A stretch of 32,000 nucleotides of DNA. It comes from an uncultured Muribaculaceae bacterium (GTDB lineage: Bacteria > Pseudomonadota > Alphaproteobacteria > Rs-D84). Below the pieces are notes generated by a model. It searched no databases. It worked only from the letters and a program-made list of their open reading frames with translations, and was not told the origin of the DNA. Position 1 is the stretch's first letter. Each line of letters opens with the position of its first letter. The translations under genes and the position numbers were made by a program. Shown in pieces: positions 18,154-26,922 of the stretch. The stretch covers positions 451,101 through 483,100 of the forward strand of contig OZ246409.1 of assembly GCA_965231035.1 (NCBI GenBank), read 5' to 3'.

Positions 18154-18301
18154 TAAAAATCTCCTTTGAAGTCATACAAGGAAACAAAACCTTTTTACGC
18201 ACGCACACCAGTGGCGTTCACGCGCAGATTTCGTAATAAAATCCTTGTTGTTTTTATATTGGACTAAAGCTATTATAATTAAAGAAAAGCGGATTGCAAA
18301 C

Positions 18302-19069
18302 ATGAAAATTCTAACTTTGAATATTAATTCAATTCGGGCACATGCTGAAAGTTTTATCGAAATTTTGCAGCACGGCAATTACGATACCATATTGGTCCAG
18401 GAAACCAAGGTTGAAAACACCAGTTTTCCGCACAATTTATTTGATACTTTTGGATATAATGTAAAGATTTTTGGTCAGAAAAGCTGGAATGGGGTTGCTG
18501 TTTTTTCAAAATATTCTATCGAGGATACAATTATTGGGCTGCCAAACTACCCTGACCCCAGTGCCAGATATATTGAATGCATTATTGATGGTCGGATACG
18601 CCTGATAAATGTTTATATGCCTAATGGCGAGGCCGAAGATTCACCAAAATTCCCATATAAACTGGAATGGATGGAAAAGTTTAGTCAACACATCAAACAT
18701 TACACAAATTCCGAAGAAGCTGTTATTATCGGTGGCGATTTTAACGTTGCGATTTCGGATATTGATGTCTGGAATCCGCCCGCATATCGCGGCAGCAGTA
18801 TATCAGCCGAATCCGCCAGAAAAATAATGAAAAACTGGTTGGATAATGGATGGCGTGACGAATGGCGCCACCATCACCCAAATGAAGTTGGATATACTTG
18901 GTATGGATACCGTGGTGGTGATACAGTAAAAAAGAACGAAGGTTTGCGTCTGGACTATTTTTTGACCAATCATACTGCACAAAAAATTATTCGTGGTTGT
19001 GAAATTGATTTTTGTCCCCGTGGACACAATAAACCAACAGACCATTGCGGACTGGTTTTGGAAATTTAA
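18302..19069 (+). CDS. xth: Exodeoxyribonuclease III (AP endonuclease)
   Basis: MKILTLNINSIRAH...LVQETK...GGDFNVA...LRLDYFL...SDHCGL-type motifs of the ExoIII/APE1 fold. I chose ATG 18302 (family-typical N-terminus) rather than the track's 18245. Confidence 0.9.
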   Translation: MKILTLNINSIRAHAESFIEILQHGNYDTILVQETKVENTSFPHNLFDTFGYNVKIFGQKSWNGVAVFSKYSIEDTIIGLPNYPDPSARYIECIIDGRIRLINVYMPNGEAEDSPKFPYKLEWMEKFSQHIKHYTNSEEAVIIGGDFNVAISDIDVWNPPAYRGSSISAESARKIMKNWLDNGWRDEWRHHHPNEVGYTWYGYRGGDTVKKNEGLRLDYFLTNHTAQKIIRGCEIDFCPRGHNKPTDHCGLVLEI

Positions 19070-21552
19070 TCATCAACCCTTGCCAGGTCGTCATATGCTT
19101 TGTATTTAGCATCCGAAGTTTCGTAATATTCATACAGTTCAAAATCGTTCGAATATCTGCCAAACAGTTCTGATACCTTTTGAACAGATGCTTCTATCAT
19201 TTTTTGTGCTTGTTCACCAAAATATTCTATTGTTTCTACTTTTCTATTCTTCAACTGCAAGAATTGCAGAACCGGCGTTTTACTTTTGTATGATGATTTA
19301 ATTGGAAAACCACCCTGCTGCATCATAAATGCCTCTAATGGTAATTGTGGCATCATACCTTCTTCTAATTGCTTCTTGGATGGTGCCGCGCCAGTCTTAA
19401 TATCTAATACACAACCATCCCAAATTCTGTCTGCACGCGCATGAACACGTCTTCCGACAATATTTACACTGCCCTTTATTTCGACAGACGCATCTTTGCT
19501 TTCGTTCAGCATTTTATAAACAATCGGTGCAATATCTAAAAACCGTTTGTGCCAGAAATGAAACAACACGCTGCCATCTGGTAAAATTTCTTTTGCACAC
19601 AAATCCATTTCTGAAATTATTTTTTCAACCGGCCAACCTTGGGCTTGTTCTATCACATTATGTACCAGATTACCAAAATCACGTGCATCGGGTTCTTTCC
19701 AATAATCATCCCTTGGACGCAGCCCCAAAATATGCTTGGCATAAAAAGTGTATGGATTATGAATCAACAATTCCAATTCGGTAACATAAACATCTGTTCG
19801 GTCTGCTGGTGGACGTGGGGCCGAATAATCCAGCGGTTGATACGGAACATTATCCTTTGTACGAACAGATTGTAAAATATCATCCGACCTGTCTATGTCG
19901 TTTTGTGCAACAGATACGCGGGATAAAAATCTGGATTCTGTTGTTTGTGAATTGCCTGCAGTTTTACTGCGTAACCAATAAGTTTCAGCACCACAAGAAA
20001 GATTCATAAAATCCAAAGACATCAATGAAACTTTTCTGTCAGGTGATGGTAAACCGATCTTTTCTGCCAAATGCCGTGGCAACCAAGAATTTTCGTAACC
20101 GGTTGCTGGGAACATACCTTCATTCAGTCCGGTTAAAATTACAACATCCGCTGTCTGCATACGTGATTCAATTGTTCCCAAAACAGACACCTGGGCACCA
20201 TCATTCATTGGTGGTCGAATTGATATGCTTGATAAAGTATCTGATATAATCTGTCTAGCATCGGACATTCCCAAGATAATTCCATTTTTATTTAATATTT
20301 CAGATGTTTTTTGTAACGCCTCTAAAATTGATAAAGATTCTTCTGAATCAATCTCAAAAAATGGTGACATTTTATCTGATAAATTTTCTATTATACTTAC
20401 CAATGTTTCAAATAAATTAAATTTATTGTTTTTATATTCTATATCAAAAGTTCCATCGTGATTTTCCATCCAGTCATCAAACATATTTAAAACAGCACGA
20501 CCAAATAAACTGGTGGTGCCAGACTTGCCACCTGAAAAATCAGCAATAATATTTTGCTTTGCCAAAGCCTGCTCTATACGCTGATTTCCTGCGGCATCCG
20601 GAGTTATAACCAAAACAGATTTATTTTCAGAAATCGCACGCTTTGCGATTTCGGCAACAACATTTGCTTCTTCGCTCTCACGCGAACATTCTATTAATTT
20701 CGCATTACATCTTTTTTCGGTTCTGATGCATGTATTACCAAAAGCAGAATTAAATAAATCTATATTTGAATCACTGGTATCAATCACAGAAACATCTGAT
20801 GGTTTTACGTTTATTTTTTGCAAAAATTTATATTCTGAATTATAAGGGTTTGTGTTTAATAAAAAATCTTGTTCACGACCATAAATCTTACCAGGCAAGA
20901 TTATATATCCATTTTCCAGACCCGCAATATAAGCCATTAAATCCGCAGTCGAAGGCACACTGGCCGTTGATCCACAAACAATAACCTTTCTTTTATTTGC
21001 CAATAATTTTTTCCACGCCAAAATATCAGCATTTCTTTTTTGTGTTTGTGTAATCTGGTTATTTGTTATCTGGGGCAGAATCTTTGTAACTATTTCCAGA
21101 AACTTGGCCTTTTGCTGAAAATGTTCAGCATATTTTTCATCAACTAAATTTATCCAATCTATTTGACTGCTGTTTATGCCTTCGTTTTCCAGGTAATCCT
21201 GCATACGAACCAAGTCATGTGCAATTGGTGTCGCGGCTGATATAGTTCTGATATTTGGATCTGCTGCCAACAGCTTTGCCAGTATTAAAACACGTTCTTG
21301 GTTTGAGATAACCTGTGGTTCTATTTCTTCGTCTTCATCAGCACCCTCGCCCAATGGAACCAAGGTTGGCAACAAAGCAGCCCCACCCATTTTATCAACA
21401 ATCATTTTTTCGACTGAACGAACAGCACGTCTGGATGGCAAAAATATTATTAAATCAGATAAATTAGAAATATCTTGTCCAATGACAGACCACAAGGCAT
21501 CTAAAAGTCTTGTAGGGTTGCTGGCACAAAAGATATTTTTATTTGATGCCAA
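19066..21552 (-). CDS. addB: Double-strand break repair protein AddB (alphaproteobacterial type), short form
   Basis: 828 aa. N-terminus FLPSRRAVRSVEKMIV...ALLPTLVPLGEG and the C-terminal PD-(D/E)XK nuclease block (HARADRIW...VLDIKTG...QLPLEA) match alpha-type AddB. See the finding on missing cysteines. Confidence 0.8.
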   Translation of the reverse strand: MASNKNIFCASNPTRLLDALWSVIGQDISNLSDLIIFLPSRRAVRSVEKMIVDKMGGAALLPTLVPLGEGADEDEEIEPQVISNQERVLILAKLLAADPNIRTISAATPIAHDLVRMQDYLENEGINSSQIDWINLVDEKYAEHFQQKAKFLEIVTKILPQITNNQITQTQKRNADILAWKKLLANKRKVIVCGSTASVPSTADLMAYIAGLENGYIILPGKIYGREQDFLLNTNPYNSEYKFLQKINVKPSDVSVIDTSDSNIDLFNSAFGNTCIRTEKRCNAKLIECSRESEEANVVAEIAKRAISENKSVLVITPDAAGNQRIEQALAKQNIIADFSGGKSGTTSLFGRAVLNMFDDWMENHDGTFDIEYKNNKFNLFETLVSIIENLSDKMSPFFEIDSEESLSILEALQKTSEILNKNGIILGMSDARQIISDTLSSISIRPPMNDGAQVSVLGTIESRMQTADVVILTGLNEGMFPATGYENSWLPRHLAEKIGLPSPDRKVSLMSLDFMNLSCGAETYWLRSKTAGNSQTTESRFLSRVSVAQNDIDRSDDILQSVRTKDNVPYQPLDYSAPRPPADRTDVYVTELELLIHNPYTFYAKHILGLRPRDDYWKEPDARDFGNLVHNVIEQAQGWPVEKIISEMDLCAKEILPDGSVLFHFWHKRFLDIAPIVYKMLNESKDASVEIKGSVNIVGRRVHARADRIWDGCVLDIKTGAAPSKKQLEEGMMPQLPLEAFMMQQGGFPIKSSYKSKTPVLQFLQLKNRKVETIEYFGEQAQKMIEASVQKVSELFGRYSNDFELYEYYETSDAKYKAYDDLARVDD

Positions 21553-22093
21553 TTATTTCCCTTAATTTTTCAATTCCGATTTTCTTTTCGGCAGATGTTT
21601 CCAGGATTTCTTCTATCATCGCAGGGTGATTTTTATGGTGAACTTCTAATTTTTCTTTTTCACGTGATTTTTTATCTTTCTTGGTAAAAACAACCTGGTA
21701 TGAAATTCCATTGGCGTCGCAAAAATCCATCAGGTTTAAATCAGAATCTTTGATGCCGACACGCGAATCAACCAGTAAAAACAATCTGGTTAATTGACGA
21801 CGCGTCATAAGATATTCTTCCAATCGTAAAAGCCAACGTTCCATATCTGACTTGGATGTTGTGGCATAGCCGTACCCAGGTAAATCCACAATCATAATCC
21901 GATCGTCAAAGTTAAATAAGTTTAATGATTGTGTACGACCAGGTGTTTTTGATGTACGGGCGATTACATGCCCTGCAACCGCATTTATCAAAGAAGACTT
22001 ACCTACATTGCTGCGGCCTATGAATGCATACTCTTTGAATTGGGTACTGGGCAAAGACGCAACTGTTTCAAAACTTCCAACAAATTTTATCAT
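21539..22093 (-). CDS. engB: Ribosome biogenesis GTPase EngB/YihA
   Basis: 184 aa. EYAFIGRSNVGKSSLINA G1, DLPGYGYA G3, TKKDK G4. Overlaps the addB start by 14 nt and the rsmI stop by 4 nt. Confidence 0.9.
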   Translation of the reverse strand: MIKFVGSFETVASLPSTQFKEYAFIGRSNVGKSSLINAVAGHVIARTSKTPGRTQSLNLFNFDDRIMIVDLPGYGYATTSKSDMERWLLRLEEYLMTRRQLTRLFLLVDSRVGIKDSDLNLMDFCDANGISYQVVFTKKDKKSREKEKLEVHHKNHPAMIEEILETSAEKKIGIEKLREIIGIK

Positions 22094-22878
22094 TTCTTCT
22101 CCAATAATTTTTTGTATGCTTCTTTTTTGGAAATCCCGGCACGTGCGGCAATATCCGCCGCAGAAGATTTGGTAGAGCCCGCAACAACATCTTTCACAAT
22201 TTCTGAAATCTCGGTATCTGTCATTTTTCTTTCTGGAGCCGGTTCAATAACGATAACAATTTCACCCCTGGGTGAATTTATATCTAATAAATCAGATGGA
22301 TAACCAATAATAGTTTCTTCGTGTATTTTTGTAATTTCGCGAACTATGGCTATTATGCGTTCTGGCATAACACGTGACAAGACACCAATCGTATCCATTA
22401 TTCTATTCGGGCTTTCGTAATAAATTATTGTATGTCTGATTTTGTTATCTTCACGCACCTTCTTTTCATCAAAGAATCCACAGAATGTAAATCTGTCTGT
22501 TGGAAATCCAGACAAGACCAATGCAGATGTCACAGCGGTCGGCCCAGGTATTACAAAGATTGGCAAATTACTTTCACGTGCAGCACGCACCAAACGAAAA
22601 CCAGGGTCACTGATACCAGGCATACCTGCATCAGATACCAGCGCAACAGTAAATCCATTTGAAATCTTTCCAATCAAATCATCAACTGTTTCCATTTCAT
22701 TATGTTCATGAAAAGATACTTTCTTGGTTTTGATATCAAAGTGTGATGCCAGCTTTCCAAAAACACGAGTGTCTTCACACGCAACAATATCTGCATTTTT
22801 AAGTGTTTCTATGGCACGTGTTGACATATCAGATAAATTTCCGATTGGTGTTCCAACAATATATAACCCAGATTGCAT
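22090..22878 (-). CDS. rsmI: 16S rRNA (cytidine1402-2'-O)-methyltransferase RsmI
   Basis: 262 aa. LYIVGTPIGNLSDMSTRAIETLKNADIVACEDTR and SDAGMPGISDPG are RsmI (tetrapyrrole-methylase fold) hallmarks. Confidence 0.9.
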   Translation of the reverse strand: MQSGLYIVGTPIGNLSDMSTRAIETLKNADIVACEDTRVFGKLASHFDIKTKKVSFHEHNEMETVDDLIGKISNGFTVALVSDAGMPGISDPGFRLVRAARESNLPIFVIPGPTAVTSALVLSGFPTDRFTFCGFFDEKKVREDNKIRHTIIYYESPNRIMDTIGVLSRVMPERIIAIVREITKIHEETIIGYPSDLLDINSPRGEIVIVIEPAPERKMTDTEISEIVKDVVAGSTKSSAADIAARAGISKKEAYKKLLEKK

Positions 22879-22901
22879 TTGAAATCCTTTTGATTTATAA
22901 T
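22873..22901 (+). promoter_or_regulatory. Candidate sigma70-type promoter for the LpoA-like gene
   Basis: TTGCAT (22873-22878, overlapping the rsmI start codon), 17-nt spacer, TATAAT (22896-22901). GGAG SD lies 7 nt before ATG 22925. Confidence 0.4.
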
Positions 22902-22924
22902 AGACATTATTTTGGAGATTTTCA

Positions 22925-24559
22925 ATGTTTATAAAAAGATTTTTAGGGTTTTCTGCACTGACTTTGACACTGTTTGGTTGTGCCCAACAGGCTGGTTGGC
23001 ATTCTGAATACGGAAATTTGCCCGCACAAAAACCGTCTGAAATTCAATCAGGGTTAAGCTATGCTAACTATGGTTCTTATGATCAAACTGATAATTTTGC
23101 ACCTGTTCTTCAAACTCAGGAAAAAAAGAACATTTCTGTTCTGCTTCCTTTGTCTGGATCAAATGCAGAATTGGGTAAAAGCATAACTCATTCAATTGAA
23201 ATGGCATTTCTGCAACACCCAGATAAAAACATTTCTGTAAAATTCTTTGATGTGTCTGGGAATTACAATCAAAAACAGGCTGTTATTTCAAATGCACTTT
23301 CTTCAAACCCAGATATAATTATTGGCCCAGTATTTGCCGAAGATGCAAAAATGGTTCGCGATATGAAACCAGAAAGTTTGCCTGTTTTGTCATTTACATC
23401 TGATGTAAAAGCATTTGGAAAAGGTGTTATGACAATGGCATTGATACCTGGACAAAGTGTTGAAGCTATTGTAAAAGAAATGAATAAGGATAATATTCAA
23501 AGAACAGTTATTTTTGCACCAAAAACCGATTCTGGTGAATTTATGGCGGGTTCTGCTGTATTGGCTGCAAATATTTATGATATGCCAATTTCTGGACTTT
23601 TTTACTATGAACCAGGAAATTCTGAATCAATAAAACAGGCTGCAAAAACAGCCGCAATGTTTGATGCACGCTCTGCTGCAAATACTCGTGCACGCGAAAT
23701 ATTATCAGATATTTTGATCCAGGAAAAATTAAGCCAATCTCAGAAAACATCTATTAATGATCAGTTAGAAAAAATATCAAAATCAGATACTGTTGGCAAC
23801 GCGCCGTATGATGCCGTATTATTCCTGGGTAATGCTGATGATTCCAAAACAATTGCCTCGTTCCTGCGTTATTTTGATGTTTCGCCCCGGGATGCACATT
23901 TTTACGGAACAGCATTATGGGATACACCAGATTTGATTAATGACTTTAATATGACTGGGGCAAAGTTTGCAGGATTGCCAGCAATGTCCGAAGATTTTGC
24001 AAGATTGTATGAACAGCTGGCTGGAAACCGTCCGACACGATTGGATACTTTTGGATTTGATGCTGCGAATTTGGCACGTGGAATGCTGTATTCTGATAAA
24101 TCTGTTGCGGCATATCTTCTGGACCCCAGTGGATATAATGGCTTGGATGGATTATTCAGATTGCGTCCCAGTGGCGAAAGCGAACGTGCATTGCAAATTG
24201 TAAAATTAACAGGTGGCGGTGCGGTAAGTGTTGAAAGATCCCCGGCAAATGATTTCTTGGTACCTTTGTATAGTATCCAAGCCAAGCAGATTTCACCTGC
24301 AAATGACATCGACCTGGTTGGCAAAGGTGTTAATCCAATGGATTATATAACTATACCAGACAGCTTAAAATCCAAGTATCGTTCAAAAACATTTGGAACA
24401 AATACCAAGATTGATACACCAGTAAGCGAAACCCAGTCAGCTGAAACTGTATTACCAGAAGATGACAGTGATGAAATTATCCAATCACCAGACTTTCAAC
24501 CAGTGGCACTGGATACAGTGGACAAGAAGCTAATCGACAGCGTCCAAGTTAAGGAATAA
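22925..24559 (+). CDS. LppC/LpoA-like lipoprotein (penicillin-binding-protein activator family; type I periplasmic-binding-protein fold)
   Basis: 544 aa. Lipobox LFGC (Cys19). ISVLLPLSGSNAELGKSI...IIGPV resembles Leu/Ile/Val-binding-type PBP domains. Divergent arrangement with rsmI mirrors the E. coli rsmI(yraL)/lpoA(yraM) pair. Confidence 0.6.
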   Translation: MFIKRFLGFSALTLTLFGCAQQAGWHSEYGNLPAQKPSEIQSGLSYANYGSYDQTDNFAPVLQTQEKKNISVLLPLSGSNAELGKSITHSIEMAFLQHPDKNISVKFFDVSGNYNQKQAVISNALSSNPDIIIGPVFAEDAKMVRDMKPESLPVLSFTSDVKAFGKGVMTMALIPGQSVEAIVKEMNKDNIQRTVIFAPKTDSGEFMAGSAVLAANIYDMPISGLFYYEPGNSESIKQAAKTAAMFDARSAANTRAREILSDILIQEKLSQSQKTSINDQLEKISKSDTVGNAPYDAVLFLGNADDSKTIASFLRYFDVSPRDAHFYGTALWDTPDLINDFNMTGAKFAGLPAMSEDFARLYEQLAGNRPTRLDTFGFDAANLARGMLYSDKSVAAYLLDPSGYNGLDGLFRLRPSGESERALQIVKLTGGGAVSVERSPANDFLVPLYSIQAKQISPANDIDLVGKGVNPMDYITIPDSLKSKYRSKTFGTNTKIDTPVSETQSAETVLPEDDSDEIIQSPDFQPVALDTVDKKLIDSVQVKE

Positions 24560-24586
24560 AAAACCGCCATTCGGCGGTTTTTATTT
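24558..24586. terminator. Bidirectional Rho-independent terminator (serves the LpoA-like gene and tRNA-Tyr)
   Basis: ACCGCC-ATTC-GGCGGT hairpin (24563-24578), flanked by AAAAAA upstream and TTTTTATTTT downstream. Confidence 0.85.
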
Positions 24587-24673
24587 TGGTGGGAGTGGCT
24601 GGATTCGAACCAGCTCAGGCATAAGCCAACAGATTTACAGTCTGCCCCGGCTCTCCAACTCCGGCGCACGCCC
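24587..24673 (-). tRNA. tRNA-Tyr (anticodon GTA), class II with long variable arm, CCA encoded
   Basis: Hand fold of the reverse complement: acceptor GGGCGTG/CACTCCC, D stem CCGG/CCGG, anticodon stem-loop GCAGA-CTGTAAA-TCTGT, variable arm TGGCTTATGCCTGA, T arm GCTGG-TTCGAAT-CCAGC, then A-CCA. One C4:U69 mismatch. Confidence 0.85.
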
Positions 24674-24814
24674 AATCTTTTTTTGTAGAAAATTTGTCAG
24701 AGTGGAGCAGATATTGCGTATTGCGAAGTTTTTGTGATAGGAAGTGTATTTGACATACATGACCCGGAACAAAAACAAGCAAACGCAAAATAGATGCGCC
24801 GCTATAACAAATTT

Positions 24815-24889
24815 TGGTGCGAGTAGCGGGACTCGAACCCGCATTTCCAGCTTGGAAGGCTGGCATTCTAGCCTTTGAACTATACTCGC
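24815..24889 (-). tRNA. tRNA-Gly (anticodon TCC), CCA encoded
   Basis: Hand fold: acceptor GCGAGTA/TACTCGC, D arm GTTC-AAAGGCTA-GAAT, anticodon stem-loop CCAGC-CTTCCAA-GCTGG, T arm GCGGG-TTCGAGT-CCCGC, then A-CCA. 75 nt. Confidence 0.92.
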
Positions 24890-24908
24890 AACTCTCAAAA
24901 GCTTTGCA

Positions 24909-24936
24909 ATTATAACTGGATTTTGAAAAATTGCAA
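24909..24936 (-). promoter_or_regulatory. Candidate strong sigma70-type promoter for the tRNA-Gly/tRNA-Tyr unit
   Basis: On the minus strand: TTGCAA (24936-24931), 16-nt spacer, consensus TATAAT (24914-24909), ending 19 nt upstream of the tRNA-Gly 5' end. Confidence 0.5.
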
Positions 24937-24940
24937 GTTT

Positions 24941-25654
24941 TTATCCGACAATACCGTTCTTGATTGTAATCGTTCTGTCAGCCATGGCTGCCAATGACAA
25001 ATCATGGGTTACAAACAACATTGCCATCTTGTTTTTACGAACCAAATCAAACAATAAATCAAATACAGCGCCTGCATGCTTTGGGTCCAAGGAACCTGTT
25101 GGTTCGTCAGCCAACAAAATATCAGGATCATTTGCCAAGGCACGTGCAACAGCTGTTCTTTGCTGTTCACCACCAGACATCTGACCTGGTAAATGGCTGG
25201 CACGATGCAAAACATTTGCAGATTTTAACAATTTTTTGGCTCTTTCAATTGCAATTGTTTCTTCCATACCATTTGCCAACATCGGCATCATAACATTTTC
25301 CAAAGCAGTAAAATCTGATAATAAATTATGACGCTGATACACAAATCCGATTTTATTTCTGCGTATCTGAGTGCGTTTTTCCTCATTCATTTTTTGGGCT
25401 GTGATACCCGAAATCAAAATACTGCCAGCATTTGGTTTATCAAGCAATCCAACGCATTGCAACAAAGTAGATTTACCACAACCCGAAGGTCCGACCAGCG
25501 CAATAATTTCACCGCGACGCAAATCAAATCCACCACCAGTTAAAATATTTAATGGTTGTCCACCTTCCATAAATGTCTTTTTAATATCACGGACACTTAA
25601 TACAACATCACCCTTGCCCGCAACCTTGGATAAAGATTTTAATATATTTGCCAT
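24941..25654 (-). CDS. lolD: Lipoprotein-releasing system ATP-binding protein LolD
   Basis: 237 aa. Walker A GPSGCGKSTLL, ABC signature LSGGEQQRTAVARAL, Walker B ILLADEPTGSLD. Sits directly after a LolC/E-type permease gene. Confidence 0.85.
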   Translation of the reverse strand: MANILKSLSKVAGKGDVVLSVRDIKKTFMEGGQPLNILTGGGFDLRRGEIIALVGPSGCGKSTLLQCVGLLDKPNAGSILISGITAQKMNEEKRTQIRRNKIGFVYQRHNLLSDFTALENVMMPMLANGMEETIAIERAKKLLKSANVLHRASHLPGQMSGGEQQRTAVARALANDPDILLADEPTGSLDPKHAGAVFDLLFDLVRKNKMAMLFVTHDLSLAAMADRTITIKNGIVG

Positions 25655-25656
25655 TT

Positions 25657-26910
25657 TTATTCATTCCTTAAAACTTCTACTGGGTCTGTGTTTGCAGCTT
25701 TCCATGCAGGATATAATGTTGCCAAGAACGCCAATGCAATTGCAATCAATGCAATACCTATAACTGATGTAAATTCCAATTTTGATGGCAATTCTGACAA
25801 ATAATATAAATCTGCTGGAAATAAATCACGTCCTGTGGCCCATTGAAAAAAATGTCTGATTGGTTCAATATAAATAGAAACAATAATGCCCAGACCAGTC
25901 CCCAGTATTGCACCAAGCGCACCAATACTGGTGCCAGCCAAGATAAATATTTTCATCATAGAATGACGTGACACGCCAAATGTGCGCAACACGGCAATAT
26001 CTTTGGACTTATCTTTGACCAACATAACCAAAGATGACACGATGTTAAACGCTGCAACAATTACAATTAACATCAAAATTAAAAACATAACATTTGATTC
26101 TACTTGTAATGCACCTACAAAACCTTTGTTTAAATCTTTCCAATCACGAACAACAAATCCACGTGGCAGCAGGTTTGTAAGTGCTTCACGAACTGCTGTT
26201 GTCTTTTCTGGATTCCGCAGGAACAAATCGATATGAGTGACAGAATCACCAATATTCAAATACTTTTGTGCAGTTTCCAGCGGCATAAAAATATATCCAG
26301 AATCATATTCATACATTCCCATAAAGAATGAAGATTTTACAGGATAAGACATAACACGCGGCATTGTACCAAATGCAGTCGATGTTCCACCATTTGCAGA
26401 AATCAAAGAAACATTGTCACCCATTGTTACACGCAAGGAACGTCCCAATGATGAACCTATAATTAAATCTCCATCTTTTATATCATCCAGGTTTTTTCCA
26501 TAAATACGTGTACCTGTGGAGGTCTTGGATTTTAAATCAGCCATTCTGATTCCGCGAATCATCGCACCAGAATTATATCCGTTTGCGGACGCCATAACTT
26601 GACCTTCGGCAATTGGGACAACACTGACAGCATTTAAAGAAACAATTTTGTTCTGATGCATTTTATTTATCAGAAAATCATAGTCTTTGATTGCGCCATC
26701 TTGGTGATAAACAACAACATGACCATTCATTCCAATTATGCGTGATAACAATGAATCATGGAATCCAGCCATCACAGACATAACAACAATAAGTGTCGCG
26801 ACCCCCAGCATTATACCAATCAGGGATACCCATGAAATCACACTGCCAAAGCCTTTACCTTTGGATCGCATATAACGAAATGCGACTTTTTTTTCCAATT
26901 TTGAAAACAT
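25657..26910 (-). CDS. lolC: Lipoprotein-releasing system transmembrane subunit (LolC/LolE family)
   Basis: 417 aa. FRYMRSKGKGFGSVISWVSLIGIMLGVATLIVVMSVMAGF N-terminus, large periplasmic loop, and C-terminal FtsX-type domain (DIAVLRTFGVSR...LATLYPAWKAANTDPVEVLR). Confidence 0.88.
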   Translation of the reverse strand: MFSKLEKKVAFRYMRSKGKGFGSVISWVSLIGIMLGVATLIVVMSVMAGFHDSLLSRIIGMNGHVVVYHQDGAIKDYDFLINKMHQNKIVSLNAVSVVPIAEGQVMASANGYNSGAMIRGIRMADLKSKTSTGTRIYGKNLDDIKDGDLIIGSSLGRSLRVTMGDNVSLISANGGTSTAFGTMPRVMSYPVKSSFFMGMYEYDSGYIFMPLETAQKYLNIGDSVTHIDLFLRNPEKTTAVREALTNLLPRGFVVRDWKDLNKGFVGALQVESNVMFLILMLIVIVAAFNIVSSLVMLVKDKSKDIAVLRTFGVSRHSMMKIFILAGTSIGALGAILGTGLGIIVSIYIEPIRHFFQWATGRDLFPADLYYLSELPSKLEFTSVIGIALIAIALAFLATLYPAWKAANTDPVEVLRNE

Positions 26911-26922
26911 TAATACCTTCTT

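Noticed and set aside
24615-24898. 83-aa and 87-aa minus-strand ORFs spanning the tRNA region.
   Set aside because: They read straight through the tRNA-Tyr and tRNA-Gly genes and the spacer. The tRNA folds explain the sequence, and no coding signal is evident.
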